Below are positions 37,764 through 47,956 of a stretch of 59,429 bases of DNA, piece after piece. Positions within the stretch are counted from its first letter, which is position 1, and each line of letters opens with the position of its first letter. Made by a program: the position numbers and the translations under genes. The notes under the pieces were generated by a model. The model saw only the letters and a program-made list of their open reading frames with translations. It was not told where the DNA came from and did no database searches. The stretch is from Clostridia bacterium (GTDB taxonomy: Bacteria; Bacillota; Clostridia; UMGS1883; UMGS1540): assembly GCA_045592445.1 (NCBI GenBank), contig JAZNUV010000004.1, positions 1 to 59,429 of the forward strand. Direction: 5' to 3'.

Positions 37764-38132
37764 CTATTCCTGCCTTGCTACATGTGCTTTTATTGCCTCG
37801 AAGCTTTCCGTACTGATAACATGCTCAATACGACACGCGTCATCCGCCGCCGTCTCGGCAGATACGCCAAGTGATTCAAGCCAACTTGTCAAAAGCATAT
37901 GCCGTTCATACATGCGTTCGGCAATTTCTTTTCCTTTTTCCAAAAGATGAATGCTGCCATCTTTGTCCATCTCTATATATCCGTTTTGACGTAAATTTTT
38001 CATAGCTACGCTGATGCTTGGCTTTGAATAGGCAAGCTCCGTCGCAATATCAATGGAGCGTACATTTCCCTTTTCCTTTTGTAAAACATAAATTGTTTCC
38101 AGATAATTTTCTGCCGACTCATGAATCCGCAA
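37764..38132 (-). CDS. DtxR/MntR-family metal-dependent transcriptional regulator (short form)
   Basis: SAENYLETIY, HTH, ERH..L and DACRIEHVIS motifs; probable TTG start after GGAG. Confidence 0.88.
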   Translation of the reverse strand: MRIHESAENYLETIYVLQKEKGNVRSIDIATELAYSKPSISVAMKNLRQNGYIEMDKDGSIHLLEKGKEIAERMYERHMLLTSWLESLGVSAETAADDACRIEHVISTESFEAIKAHVARQE

Positions 38133-38162
38133 TGATACCACTCCATTCCTTAAAACAAATTT

Positions 38163-39542
38163 TTACAACGTTTCAATTTGGGGTAATTTCGAGAATCCCT
38201 TTTGAAGGTCCTCCTCCGTCGGTACATAGTCCTGCATTAAGCCGTCATTATATTTTCCGTAAGACATCATGTCAAAATATCCGGTACCCGTAAGTCCAAA
38301 CACAATCGTCTTTTCCTCGCCTGTTTCCTTGCATTTTAATGCCTCATCAATCGCCACACGAATGGCGTGACTGCTTTCGGGCGCAGGCAATATACCTTCA
38401 ATTCTTGCAAACTGCTGCGCTGCTGCAAACACTTCTGTTTGCGTTACGGTTGTCGCTTCCATATATCCGTCATGGTATAATTGTGATAGCGTGGTGTTCA
38501 TGCCGTGATAGCGAAGCCCACCCGCATGTGTGGCGGCAGGAATAAAGCCGCTTCCGAGTGTATGCATTTTTGCAAGCGGGCAGACCATGCCGGTATCACA
38601 ATAATCATATGCAAACTTGCCCCTTGTAAGACTCGGACAGGACGCAGGTTCAACCGCAACAATTCTGTAATCCGCTTCACCCCGCAATTTTTCACCCATA
38701 AACGGTGCAATAAGCCCGCCTAGATTTGAGCCGCCGCCCGCACAACCAATAATTACATCAGGTTTAATTCCGTATTTATCAAGTGCCGCTTTCGTTTCAA
38801 GACCGATAACCGACTGATGGAGCATGACCTGATTTAAGACGCTGCCGAGTACATAACGATACCCTTCCAGGTTGCTTGCCACCTCAACAGCTTCAGAAAT
38901 TGCACAGCCGAGACTGCCGCCGGTACCGGGGTGTTCCTCAAGTATCTTTCTCCCTACCGCGGTATCCATAGAAGGAGACGGCGTAACCGATGCGCCGTAA
39001 GTACGCATTACCTCGCGCCGAAACGGTTTTTGTTCATAGGAAACCTTTACCATATATACCTTACAGTCCAGCCCGTAGTATGCGCATGCCATCGAAAGTG
39101 CCGTGCCCCATTGTCCCGCACCCGTTTCTGTTGTAACACCGCAAAGCCCTTGCTCCTTTGCATAGTAGGCTTGTGCAATTGCGGAGTTCAATTTGTGACT
39201 TCCACTTGTATTATTTCCCTCAAATTTATAGTAAATTTTCGCCGGTGTATTTAGTTTTTCTTCCAGACAATATGCTCTTACAAGCGGGGACGGACGGTAC
39301 ATTTTATAAAACTTTCTAATTGCCTCGGGAATTTCAAAATATGCCGTTGTATCGTCAAGTTCCTGCGTAATCAATGCATCACAAAATACAGGCCTGAGTT
39401 CTTCCGCTGTCATCGGTTTCAACGTTTTGGGATTTAAAAGCGGTGCCGGTTTATTTTGCATATCTGCACGCAGATTGTACCAGGCTCTCGGCATTTCCTC
39501 CTCCGTAAGATAAATTTTGTACGGAATCTCTTGACTTTTCAT
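38163..39542 (-). CDS. trpB2: TrpB2-type (stand-alone) tryptophan synthase beta-like enzyme
   Basis: WYNL, GSHKLNSA, TTETGAGQWG, LGSVLN, GGGSN, HAGGLRYHG and PAPESSHA motifs; ATG 39542. Confidence 0.9.
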   Translation of the reverse strand: MKSQEIPYKIYLTEEEMPRAWYNLRADMQNKPAPLLNPKTLKPMTAEELRPVFCDALITQELDDTTAYFEIPEAIRKFYKMYRPSPLVRAYCLEEKLNTPAKIYYKFEGNNTSGSHKLNSAIAQAYYAKEQGLCGVTTETGAGQWGTALSMACAYYGLDCKVYMVKVSYEQKPFRREVMRTYGASVTPSPSMDTAVGRKILEEHPGTGGSLGCAISEAVEVASNLEGYRYVLGSVLNQVMLHQSVIGLETKAALDKYGIKPDVIIGCAGGGSNLGGLIAPFMGEKLRGEADYRIVAVEPASCPSLTRGKFAYDYCDTGMVCPLAKMHTLGSGFIPAATHAGGLRYHGMNTTLSQLYHDGYMEATTVTQTEVFAAAQQFARIEGILPAPESSHAIRVAIDEALKCKETGEEKTIVFGLTGTGYFDMMSYGKYNDGLMQDYVPTEEDLQKGFSKLPQIETL

Positions 39543-39578
39543 TTTTCTGTCTCCCTTCTTAATTTGGTATGAGACGAC

Positions 39579-39842
39579 AAAAAACTCCCGTCCCATATGC
39601 CGGGACAGGAGTTTACATCCTGCGGTGCCACCCTGCTTGACGTTTTTCACGCCCACTTTGCGCATACTTTCATATGCCGACTTTTGATAACGGAGTGCCT
39701 CTCCGGCGCACATACTCAAGCTTTTGCTCTTTCCGTTTGCCCTCGGAAGTCCATTCAGTTTTATGTTTCCTGCCACAATCCCACCATCTGCAGCTCTCTC
39801 TTTGGAAAGAGGTAAAACCTACTTACTCTTCCTCAACGGTTT
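39579..39842 (-). ncRNA. T-box riboswitch, tryptophan-specific
   Basis: Stem I AGAGA/GGTGGGA motifs; specifier GAA-TGG-A (TGG at 39751-53); AGTA and CCGTTA boxes; T-box AAGCAGGGTGGCACCGC (39622-38); terminator 39579-39614. Confidence 0.93.
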
Positions 39843-39847
39843 CATAA

Positions 39848-39876
39848 ATTATACCATAAATTTTTTTATTTGTCAA
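39848..39876 (-). promoter_or_regulatory. Consensus sigmaA promoter of the T-box leader
   Basis: TTGACA-N17-TATAAT with extended TG; -35 overlaps the AraC stop codon. Confidence 0.88.
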
Positions 39877-40676
39877 TCTTTTTCCTTCAATTTTTTTACA
39901 TATTTCTTTGGTGCACATCCCTTATATCTCTTAAACACATGAATAAAATAACTCAAATCATTAAACCCGCACCGAAAACAAACCTCCGTCATATACTCCG
40001 CCCCGCTCGCCAATAGCTCACATGCTGCCTCAATCCGATATGCCATCAAATACGAAAAAGGCGTTTCCTGTGTGATTTCTTTGAAATATTTGCTAAAATA
40101 ATTCCGACTCATATTACACGCTTCCGCCATTTGCTCAAGCGTTATTTTCTCTGCATATTGTGCGGCAATTAACGCCAATGCAGGCTTAATTCTTTGTATG
40201 CTTGCATTCGACATAATTGGAATTTTATTGTCCGCACGAAGGCTATTCGCCACAAGACAGTAAATACGGCCAATCAAATCAAGCGCATACCCATTTTCCT
40301 TCTTGGCGAGACCGTCAAAAATCGCATCCACTTCGGCATTTTTATGATAAACAGATGGTTTTGTCAGGCTTTCTGCAAAGGTATTGCTCTCCACCGTAGC
40401 GCTAAACACCGTTTTCGAGAATACAATACATTCATATCGACATGAAAACGCCTCCGCACCATGCAAAATGTTACCAGGTATGATTATGCTGTCCCCACTT
40501 TCCAGTTCTACAGTAATACCACCCACACGCATACTAAGACGCCCTTTTAAAACACGCACAATTTCAAAATCATTGTGCCAATGTGCCAGCATTTGATACC
40601 GCGGATGCGTACTATCTACACAATATAAAGAAAGTGGAAATCCCGGCGTCCCTCGACGCATATTTTCATGATACAT
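39873..40676 (-). CDS. AraC-family regulator with N-terminal cupin domain
   Basis: HWHNDFE..H cupin motif; C-terminal double HTH ending CGFNDLSYFIHVFKR. Confidence 0.9.
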   Translation of the reverse strand: MYHENMRRGTPGFPLSLYCVDSTHPRYQMLAHWHNDFEIVRVLKGRLSMRVGGITVELESGDSIIIPGNILHGAEAFSCRYECIVFSKTVFSATVESNTFAESLTKPSVYHKNAEVDAIFDGLAKKENGYALDLIGRIYCLVANSLRADNKIPIMSNASIQRIKPALALIAAQYAEKITLEQMAEACNMSRNYFSKYFKEITQETPFSYLMAYRIEAACELLASGAEYMTEVCFRCGFNDLSYFIHVFKRYKGCAPKKYVKKLKEKD

Positions 40677-40827
40677 ATATTTCTCCAAAAAGTGTTATAT
40701 TTATATTTTATTTCATTATATCATAAGTATTTTGCATATTGCAAGAATAAATTTATACTATTATATTTCTCAAAATTACGCATTGTAACACTGTACCTCC
40801 TCTGTCCCTAGAAAAGCAAAATAATAA

Positions 40828-40857
40828 TTGACATTTTTGTATGCAATATGCTATAAT
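40828..40857 (+). promoter_or_regulatory. sigmaA promoter of the TAXI-TRAP operon
   Basis: TTGACA-N18-TATAAT with extended TG. Confidence 0.75.
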
Positions 40858-40904
40858 AACATTATCTTTCATATATAGAAAGAAAAATTTCTAGGAGGTT
40901 TATT

Positions 40905-41849
40905 ATGAAGAATTGGAAAAGAACAGTGACAGTAGTTTTAGTGCTTGCATGCGTATTTACGATGACAAGCTGTGGCAAACCCGCCACAACGTACAAATTT
41001 GCAAGTGGTGGAACAAGCGGTACATACTATGCTGTAGCAAATGCAATGGCTCCCATTATCGGCGGTGCTTCTGACATGACAATTCGTGTAGACTCCACCG
41101 GTGCATCTAAAGCAAACATCCAGCTTATCAATAATGGTGAAGTTGATTTTGCAATTGTACAGAACGATGTTATGGACTATGCTTACAAGGGAACAGATCT
41201 CTTTGCAGGAGAGACCATCACAAGCTTTGCCACCGTCGGTGCAGTCTATGCTGAGGTTTGCCAGATTGTTGCCACACCGAACATTGCAACGGTTGCAGAT
41301 CTCAAGGGCAAAACCGTTTCGATTGGTGACTCCGGTAGCGGCGTGGAATTTAATGCTCTGCAAATCCTCTCCGCATATGGTCTTACAAAAGAAGATATTA
41401 CAGTTGTAAATGCTGACTTTGGTAACTCTACTGAACAGTTTAAAAATGGCTCTATAGATGCTTTCTTCTGTACTGCAGGGGCTCCGACCACAAACATCAC
41501 AGACCTTGCAAATTCTGCAAAAGAGTTTAAAATTTTAGGTATTGATGATGAACATCTTGCAGCTTTAAAGGCAGACTATCCCTTCTATTCAGCCTATCCC
41601 ATCCCTGCCGGTACCTACAAAGGCGTAGAGGAAGATGTACAAACTGTTGCAGTTAAAGCAACTATTATTTGTAAAGCAGACTTGCCTGAGGAAGATGTAT
41701 ACAAATTCACAAAGGCACTCTTTGAAAAAGAAGCTGAGCTTGAATCCGCTCATGCAAAGTTTAAAGAGTTGAATCTTGCCTATGCAACAGACGTTGGGTC
41801 CGTTCCCTTCCATGCAGGTGCACAAAAGTACTATAACGAAGTACAGTAA
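40905..41849 (+). CDS. TAXI-family TRAP solute-binding lipoprotein
   Basis: Lipobox MTSC; SGGTSGTYY, STGASKANI, VQND, GSG and VPFHAGA motifs. Confidence 0.92.
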   Translation: MKNWKRTVTVVLVLACVFTMTSCGKPATTYKFASGGTSGTYYAVANAMAPIIGGASDMTIRVDSTGASKANIQLINNGEVDFAIVQNDVMDYAYKGTDLFAGETITSFATVGAVYAEVCQIVATPNIATVADLKGKTVSIGDSGSGVEFNALQILSAYGLTKEDITVVNADFGNSTEQFKNGSIDAFFCTAGAPTTNITDLANSAKEFKILGIDDEHLAALKADYPFYSAYPIPAGTYKGVEEDVQTVAVKATIICKADLPEEDVYKFTKALFEKEAELESAHAKFKELNLAYATDVGSVPFHAGAQKYYNEVQ

Positions 41850-42328
41850 TGTATTCTAAAGTAAAAAAACGGATTTGGATTGTGGCCGCAGCTTTTATTT
41901 TAGTTGCGGCCACCCTCGTAATCTTTGATATGAACACCCATTTCCTTTTTCTTCGTGATGCAGAAAGCCGCAAGATATATGCTCGTTTTCCTCTTTCGGA
42001 CGGAGATACTTTTTCAGTCACATTTGTACATTCTGTAAACCAATCCCCGGTTACGGACTACTATAAAATAGGAGCAAACAACGAACTTGTCCTATATGCC
42101 ACGAAATTTCATGCTTTCGGTGCCGGCATGCCTGAAAGCTGGCCGCCAAACGCACAGGTGCAAACCTCGCCTGATGGAATTTATGCAACCAACCTACAAA
42201 TTACCTTGCCGAATGTTACCTATATAGTCGGCACAGTGTCCGACCATATACTTACAATCGGCGACAAGACAATTAGCCTTCGCGATTTGTGCGGAAAAAA
42301 TGCCGAAGTTTTATTTACACTTACATAA
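41849..42328 (+). CDS. DUF1850-like TAXI accessory protein
   Basis: FVHSVNQSPV and FGAGMP motifs; N-terminal TM; typical position in TAXI operons. Confidence 0.8.
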   Translation: MYSKVKKRIWIVAAAFILVAATLVIFDMNTHFLFLRDAESRKIYARFPLSDGDTFSVTFVHSVNQSPVTDYYKIGANNELVLYATKFHAFGAGMPESWPPNAQVQTSPDGIYATNLQITLPNVTYIVGTVSDHILTIGDKTISLRDLCGKNAEVLFTLT

Positions 42329-42339
42329 GGAGGATACAC

Positions 42340-44310
42340 ATGAAAGACTCTGAAATCTTCAACAACCAAACAGAGCCTGATGCCCCGATTGACGCCGATG
42401 CTCTCATGGCGGAATTCGACAGGGAATCTAACACAAGACATTTCACTGGAAAAAAGAAAGTTTTCATTAACTCTCTCATGGTCTTTTTTTCCATCTTTGC
42501 CCTATGTGTAGCTTTGTTGGGCCGTTTTCTAAATAAAATACCCTTTTTTGCTACTATTATGGTATGGCCCGGCAACTGCGCTGTTTTCCTTGCGCTGATT
42601 TTGCTGATTGCCTATTTAATTTACCCTGCTTACAAAAAACAGGCAAAGCGTGAAAATTATATTCCCTGGTACGATTTCATACTGGGTATTCTCGCTTTCC
42701 TATGTTTTATGTATATTGCAATTAACGCACGTGAAATTGCGATTCGTGCAATCAATATTAACATGACTGATAAAATTGTTGCCATTCTCTCCATTTTACT
42801 TTTGGCAGAGGCCTGTCGACGTGTTGTTGGTCTGCCAATATTGTGTGTAATTGCTGCTTTGATTGGATATACCTTTTTTCAAGGTACAACCCTTCCGCGG
42901 TTTTTACAAACATTAGCCTACACGAAAGATGGTATTACCGGCACACCGCTTCAAATCTGCACCAACTATCTGGCATTATTCATTCTGTTTGGGGCTTTTC
43001 TTGAAAAAACAGGTATAGGTGCATTCTTTGTAGACCTTGCAAACTCTATTGCTGGCTTTGCAAGTGGCGGTCCTGCAAAGGTTGCCGTTATTTCCAGTGC
43101 CCTTGAGGGTATGTATTCGGGCAGCTCTGTTGCTAACACCGTCGGAAGTGGTTCCATTACCATTCCAACCATGAAAAAAGCAGGCTATAAACCCGAATTT
43201 GCGGCCGCAGTAGAAGCTGCCGCCTCCACCGGCGGGCAAATTATGCCACCTATTATGGGTGCAGCTGCCTTTCTTATGTCAGAAATCACGGAAATCCCTT
43301 ATGTAATTATTGCTGTTGCAGCTATCTTACCAGCCATTTTATATTTCACCGGAATCTTTATGATGATTCACTTTGAAGCGAAAAAGTTAGGGCTTCGCGG
43401 CCTTTCAAAAGAAGATATTCCGCATTTTGGCAAACTGATTCTCCGCCGCGGTTATCTTCTTCTGCCGGTTTTTTTCCTAGTATTCTTTATGGGACGCGGA
43501 ATGACGCCTGCTTACTCCGTTTCTCTTGCCATCTTATCGGCAATTATTGTTAGCTTTTTCTCTAAAGATACACGCCTTTCCCCCAAGAAATTATTGGAAG
43601 CACTTACAGGCGGCACACGAAGCACAATCGCTGTCGCGATTGCCTGCGCAGTTGCAGGAAACGTTGTTGGTCTTGTCAGTCTTTCCTATTTAGGACAAGA
43701 GCTTATGGACCTATTGGTAATCGTATCCGGCAGTAGCTTGTTCTTGGCACTTATACTGGTTATGCTTGCTTGTATTGTGCTGGGTATGGGTGTTCCCACA
43801 ACCGCAAACTATGTTATTATGGCTACAATGGCGGCTCCTCTTATTCTAAAAATTGCCCCAGGAACGCCGGTGTTGGCGGCGCATATGTTTGTATTCTACT
43901 TTGGTATTGTGGCTGATATTACACCGCCTGTAGCACTTGCTGCCTATGCAGGTAGTGCCATTGCAAAGTCTGACCCCCTTAAAACCGGTATCATAGCCAC
44001 ACGCCTTGCTATCACCGCATTTATTATTCCCTATATCTTTGTCCTGCAACCTAAAATGTTGTTTATTGATGCAAGTGCATTTGAAGTAATTAAAATCGTG
44101 CTCACCTCATTTGCTGGCATCGTAGCTATCTCCGCCGGCATGGAAGGCTATTTCCGTACAAAACTTACATGGTATGAACGAATTTATGTTCTCGCCGCTG
44201 GTCTTTGCTTGATTACACCGGATACCTTAACGGATATTATCGGCATTGCTGCTCTCGCCTTGTTTATAGTTTGGCAGAGTGTACGGGTAAAACGCATTCA
44301 AAATGCATAA
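42340..44310 (+). CDS. TRAP transporter 4TM/12TM fused permease
   Basis: GGPAKVAV, SGSSVANT, ASTGGQIMPPIMGAAAF, LGMGVPT and ADITPPVA motifs; ATG 42340 after AAGGAGG. Confidence 0.92.
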   Translation: MKDSEIFNNQTEPDAPIDADALMAEFDRESNTRHFTGKKKVFINSLMVFFSIFALCVALLGRFLNKIPFFATIMVWPGNCAVFLALILLIAYLIYPAYKKQAKRENYIPWYDFILGILAFLCFMYIAINAREIAIRAININMTDKIVAILSILLLAEACRRVVGLPILCVIAALIGYTFFQGTTLPRFLQTLAYTKDGITGTPLQICTNYLALFILFGAFLEKTGIGAFFVDLANSIAGFASGGPAKVAVISSALEGMYSGSSVANTVGSGSITIPTMKKAGYKPEFAAAVEAAASTGGQIMPPIMGAAAFLMSEITEIPYVIIAVAAILPAILYFTGIFMMIHFEAKKLGLRGLSKEDIPHFGKLILRRGYLLLPVFFLVFFMGRGMTPAYSVSLAILSAIIVSFFSKDTRLSPKKLLEALTGGTRSTIAVAIACAVAGNVVGLVSLSYLGQELMDLLVIVSGSSLFLALILVMLACIVLGMGVPTTANYVIMATMAAPLILKIAPGTPVLAAHMFVFYFGIVADITPPVALAAYAGSAIAKSDPLKTGIIATRLAITAFIIPYIFVLQPKMLFIDASAFEVIKIVLTSFAGIVAISAGMEGYFRTKLTWYERIYVLAAGLCLITPDTLTDIIGIAALALFIVWQSVRVKRIQNA

Positions 44311-44321
44311 TTGGTTTTCTC

Positions 44322-44354
44322 AAAAACCGCGTCTAATATAGACGCGGTTTTTTT
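44322..44354 (+). terminator. Intrinsic terminator of the TRAP operon
   Basis: AAAAACCGCGTCTA-ATA-TAGACGCGGTTTTT followed by Ts. Confidence 0.88.
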
Positions 44355-44550
44355 ATCATCATAATCAGTGAAGCGTATAAGAGACTAAATTTATTTAGCT
44401 GTGTGAGAAAATGCTACATTGTAAATCATTTGAAAAACACATAGAATTGGTTAATAAAGGGTTTAGATTAGGAGAATTTAATTGATTCAGATTACATATT
44501 CTCTCACCAACCCATATTTTTTACAAACACAATACTGGTTATTTACAATA

Positions 44551-44684
44551 TCATTTTGTATTGTCTATGGTAACTTTATTCATAGATAAATCCTCCTAAT
44601 GTGTTTTTGGTTTTGACTGACAACTCTTAACACATTCGGAGGATTCTTTTATCGGTTATTAAACCTCGTGACAATCGCGTAGTT
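44551..44684 (-). mobile_element. Possible relic of an IS left end (RBS-sequestering hairpin plus 10-codon truncated ORF)
   Basis: 16/17-bp inverted repeat 44589-44605 / 44629-44645 covering AGGAGG; ATG 44583 then MNKVTIDNTK-stop; no transposase body. Confidence 0.4.
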
Positions 44685-44694
44685 TTCGTTATAC

Positions 44695-44731
44695 AAAAAA
44701 CAAGCAGCTGCCGAATATGGCAACTGCCTGC
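44695..44731 (-). terminator. Terminator of the alpha (rplQ) operon
   Basis: GCAGGCAGTTGCC-N6-GGCAGCTGCTTGT followed by T-run on the minus strand. Confidence 0.8.
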
Positions 44732-44776
44732 TATGATTTCCATTCTTTATCATCTGTTGACAAAGAGCTTTTTTAA

Positions 44777-45109
44777 TTACACGAGTTCGATCATTGCCAT
44801 CGGTGCCGCGTCACCGCGTCTAACACCGGCTTTAATAATCCTTGTGTAACCGCCGTTTCTATCTGCATATTTCGGTGCAATCTCCGTAAACAGCTTATAG
44901 GTTACGTCTTTCTTTGTAATGAAACGCATAGCCTGTCTCTTGGCATGCAGCGTGTTATCCTTGCCTAAAGTAATCATCTTTTCAACCAACGGGCGAATTT
45001 CTTTCGCGCGTGTTTCGGTTGTCATCATCTTACCATTTTCAAGAAACGCTGTAACCATACCGCGTAACATAGCCATACGTGCATCGGTCGGTCTACCTAA
45101 TTTTCTCAT
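44777..45109 (-). CDS. rplQ: 50S ribosomal protein L17
   Basis: [13 protein letters not shown] and [14 protein letters not shown] motifs. Confidence 0.97.
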   Translation of the reverse strand: MRKLGRPTDARMAMLRGMVTAFLENGKMMTTETRAKEIRPLVEKMITLGKDNTLHAKRQAMRFITKKDVTYKLFTEIAPKYADRNGGYTRIIKAGVRRGDAAPMAMIELV

Positions 45110-45152
45110 TCTGAAACACTCCTTTCGCTAAAGCTTGGCGCTGTTCCTTTTA

Positions 45153-46103
45153 TTAGTCCTCAACAGGTGCTAAGGCAAGTCCGAGACTTAAAAGCTTATT
45201 GATAACCTCTTCCAATGATTTGCGACCGAGGTTTCTGACGTTCATCATATCTTCTTCGGTCTTTTGGATGAGATCTTCTACATTATTTATGCCTGCACGT
45301 TTTAAGCAATTGTATGAACGTACGGAAAGGTCTAGTTCTTCAATCGTCATTTCGAGAACCTTTTCTTTCTTGACCTCCGGCTTATCCACCATAATATCAA
45401 TATCCTTCGTGCCGTCTGCAAGGTCGATAAAAAGATTTAGATGCTCATTGAATATCTTGGCACCGAGGCTAACTGCTTCGTTCGGTGTAATGGTTCCGTT
45501 TGTCCAGATTTCAAGCGTAAGCTTGTCAAAATCCGTCACCTGACCGACACGTGTGTTTTCCACCTGGAAATTCACCTTCGGTACGGGTGTGTAGATAGAG
45601 TCTACCGGAATTAAACCGATAACAGGTTGGCTTATCTGCTTATTCTTTTCCGCAGATACATATCCTCTGCCTTTATTGATTGTGATTTCCATGTACAGTC
45701 TTGCATCTTCATTCAGTGTTGCAATATGCAAGTCTGGATTAAAAATCTCAACACTGGAGTCTGCCTTAATATCCTTTGCACAAATCTCGCAGGGTCCCTT
45801 TGCGTCAATATAAACGGTTTCGGAGCTATCTCCATGCAACTTTACGATAAGCTGCTTTATGTTAAGGACAATCTCCGTCACGTCTTCTTTTACACCCGGT
45901 ATACCGGAAAACTCATGCAGAACACCATCTATCTTAATAGAAGTGACTGCCGCGCCCGGCAACGAGGAAAGCATGATTCTACGCAAGGAATTCCCAAGGG
46001 TTGTACCGTAACCTCTTTCCAAGGGCTCCAATACAAACTTACCGTAGAACTTGTCGTCTGCAGAACCCATACATTCGATTCTTGGCTTTTCGATTTCTAT
46101 CAT
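45153..46103 (-). CDS. rpoA: RNA polymerase subunit alpha
   Basis: [17 protein letters not shown] and [14 protein letters not shown] motifs. Confidence 0.98.
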   Translation of the reverse strand: MIEIEKPRIECMGSADDKFYGKFVLEPLERGYGTTLGNSLRRIMLSSLPGAAVTSIKIDGVLHEFSGIPGVKEDVTEIVLNIKQLIVKLHGDSSETVYIDAKGPCEICAKDIKADSSVEIFNPDLHIATLNEDARLYMEITINKGRGYVSAEKNKQISQPVIGLIPVDSIYTPVPKVNFQVENTRVGQVTDFDKLTLEIWTNGTITPNEAVSLGAKIFNEHLNLFIDLADGTKDIDIMVDKPEVKKEKVLEMTIEELDLSVRSYNCLKRAGINNVEDLIQKTEEDMMNVRNLGRKSLEEVINKLLSLGLALAPVED

Positions 46104-46150
46104 GACAATATACCCCCTTCTGAATTTGATGTAATCTACGAGGGTGAGGC

Positions 46151-46777
46151 TTATTTCGAGTACAACTCGACGATAAGCGTTTCCTGAATGGGCAAATCGA
46201 TATCATCGCGCGATGCCAAAGTTGCTACCTTTGCCACATAATTCTCGCGATCCAGCTCAAGCCACTTCGGAATCACCTTAGACGCTGTATTCTCTAAAAC
46301 AGCCTTTATCTTCGGCAACGCCTTACTCTTTTCACATACTGCAACTACATCTCCCTCTTTTACGAGGAAAGAAGGAATGTTTACTCTACGGCCGTTTACT
46401 GTAAAATGACCATGTGTAACGAGCTGACGTGCTTCCGGACGGGATAATGCAAAGCCCAAACGGTACACAACATTATCTAATCTGCTTTCCAAAATCTGTA
46501 AAAGGTTTTCACCGGTTACACCGTGCTTTTTATTTGCCATTTCATAGTACTTGGCAAACTGGCTTTCCAGTACGCCATAGTATCTTTTTGCTTTCTGTTT
46601 TTCACGCAACTGCAATCCATATTCGGACTGTTTTTTACGTCCCTGACCATGTTGGCCGGGTGCATAGCTTCTTCTGCCGACTGCACATTTGTCCGTATAG
46701 CAACGGTCGCCTTTGAGGAAAAGCTTTAAGCCTTCTCTGCGGCACAGTCTGCAAACTGAACCTGTATATCTAGCCAT
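46151..46777 (-). CDS. rpsD: 30S ribosomal protein S4
   Basis: [14 protein letters not shown] and [11 protein letters not shown] motifs. Confidence 0.98.
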   Translation of the reverse strand: MARYTGSVCRLCRREGLKLFLKGDRCYTDKCAVGRRSYAPGQHGQGRKKQSEYGLQLREKQKAKRYYGVLESQFAKYYEMANKKHGVTGENLLQILESRLDNVVYRLGFALSRPEARQLVTHGHFTVNGRRVNIPSFLVKEGDVVAVCEKSKALPKIKAVLENTASKVIPKWLELDRENYVAKVATLASRDDIDLPIQETLIVELYSK

Positions 46778-46794
46778 AGTAATTCACCTCCAAA

Positions 46795-47193
46795 TCAAAC
46801 TCTTCTACGTTTCGGCGGACGGCAGCCGTTATGCGGAATCGGCGTAACGTCCTTAATCATGCTGACTTCAAGTCCTGCTGCCTGTAAAGCACGGATTGCT
46901 GCCTCGCGGCCTGCACCCGGACCCTTTACATAGACCTCAACACTCTTAAGTCCATGCTCCATTGCTGCTTTCGCTGCTGTTTCAGCGGCCGTCTGCGCTG
47001 CAAACGGTGTGCTCTTTCTGGAACCACGGAAGCCCAGACCACCGGCACTAGCCCATGACAGTGCGTTTCCGGCAGTATCTGTAATGGTAACAATCGTATT
47101 ATTAAAAGAGGAACGAATATGTGCTGCGCCGCGCTCAATATTCTTGCGCTCGCGTTTTTTTCTGGTCGTTCTCTTTACCGCTGTTTTCGCCAT
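46795..47193 (-). CDS. rpsK: 30S ribosomal protein S11
   Basis: KSTPFAA and [18 protein letters not shown] motifs. Confidence 0.98.
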   Translation of the reverse strand: MAKTAVKRTTRKKRERKNIERGAAHIRSSFNNTIVTITDTAGNALSWASAGGLGFRGSRKSTPFAAQTAAETAAKAAMEHGLKSVEVYVKGPGAGREAAIRALQAAGLEVSMIKDVTPIPHNGCRPPKRRRV

Positions 47194-47206
47194 TTTTCAA
47201 AACCTC

Positions 47207-47575
47207 CTACTTCTTCTTGTTCGCAATCGTGCGCTTCGGACCTTTTCTTGTGCGCGCGTTTGTCTTTGTTCTCTGTCCGCGAACTGGCAGACCTTTTCTG
47301 TGTCGCAAACCGCGGTAGCATCCGATTTCAACTAAACGTTTGATATCGAGCGCTACACTGCGACGGAGGTCGCCTTCCACCTTATAATTTTTATCAATCA
47401 GGTCTCTGAGCTTAATGACCTCTTCTTCTGTCAAATCCTTAACGCGGGTATCGGGATTTATCCCTGTTGCCTCCAGGATTTTAATTGCACTCGTTCTACC
47501 TATACCGAAGATATATGTGAGTCCGATTTCTACTCTTTTTTCTCTCGGCAGGTCAACACCGGCTATTCTGGCCAT
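47207..47575 (-). CDS. rpsM: 30S ribosomal protein S13
   Basis: [10 protein letters not shown] and [18 protein letters not shown] motifs. Confidence 0.98.
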   Translation of the reverse strand: MARIAGVDLPREKRVEIGLTYIFGIGRTSAIKILEATGINPDTRVKDLTEEEVIKLRDLIDKNYKVEGDLRRSVALDIKRLVEIGCYRGLRHRKGLPVRGQRTKTNARTRKGPKRTIANKKK

Positions 47576-47593
47576 ACTTACACCTCCTATAAA

Positions 47594-47707
47594 TTAACCT
47601 TGTTTTTGCTTATGCTTCGGATTTTCGCAGATTACCATGATTTTACCTTTTCTCTTGATAATCTTACATTTTTCACAAATTTGTTTTACCGAGGGTCTGA
47701 CCTTCAT
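47594..47707 (-). CDS. rpmJ: 50S ribosomal protein L36 (not in ORF track)
   Basis: Manual translation [37 protein letters not shown]. Confidence 0.97.
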   Translation of the reverse strand: MKVRPSVKQICEKCKIIKRKGKIMVICENPKHKQKQG

Positions 47708-47723
47708 AACGATACCTCCTCTA

Positions 47724-47942
47724 TTACTTCGCTCTCCAAACTATCCTGCCCTTTGTTAAATCATAGGGGGACAGTTCCACCGTAACCTTATCGCCCGGAA
47801 GAATACGAATAAAATTCATCCGAAGCTTTCCTGATATATGCGCGAGTATTTGATGACCGTTTTGCAACTCCACCTGAAACATCGCGTTAGGTAACGATTC
47901 TAAAACCGTACCTTCCATTTCCAGTACATCATCCTTTGCCAA
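47724..47942 (-). CDS. infA: Translation initiation factor IF-1
   Basis: LPNAMF and [17 protein letters not shown] motifs. Confidence 0.98.
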   Translation of the reverse strand: MAKDDVLEMEGTVLESLPNAMFQVELQNGHQILAHISGKLRMNFIRILPGDKVTVELSPYDLTKGRIVWRAK

Positions 47943-47956
47943 GTTTCAAACCTCCT

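Noticed and set aside
39543-39776. N-terminal extension of TrpB2 in the ORF track (537 aa)
   Set aside because: It runs through the T-box leader; the RBS and family N-terminus support ATG 39542.
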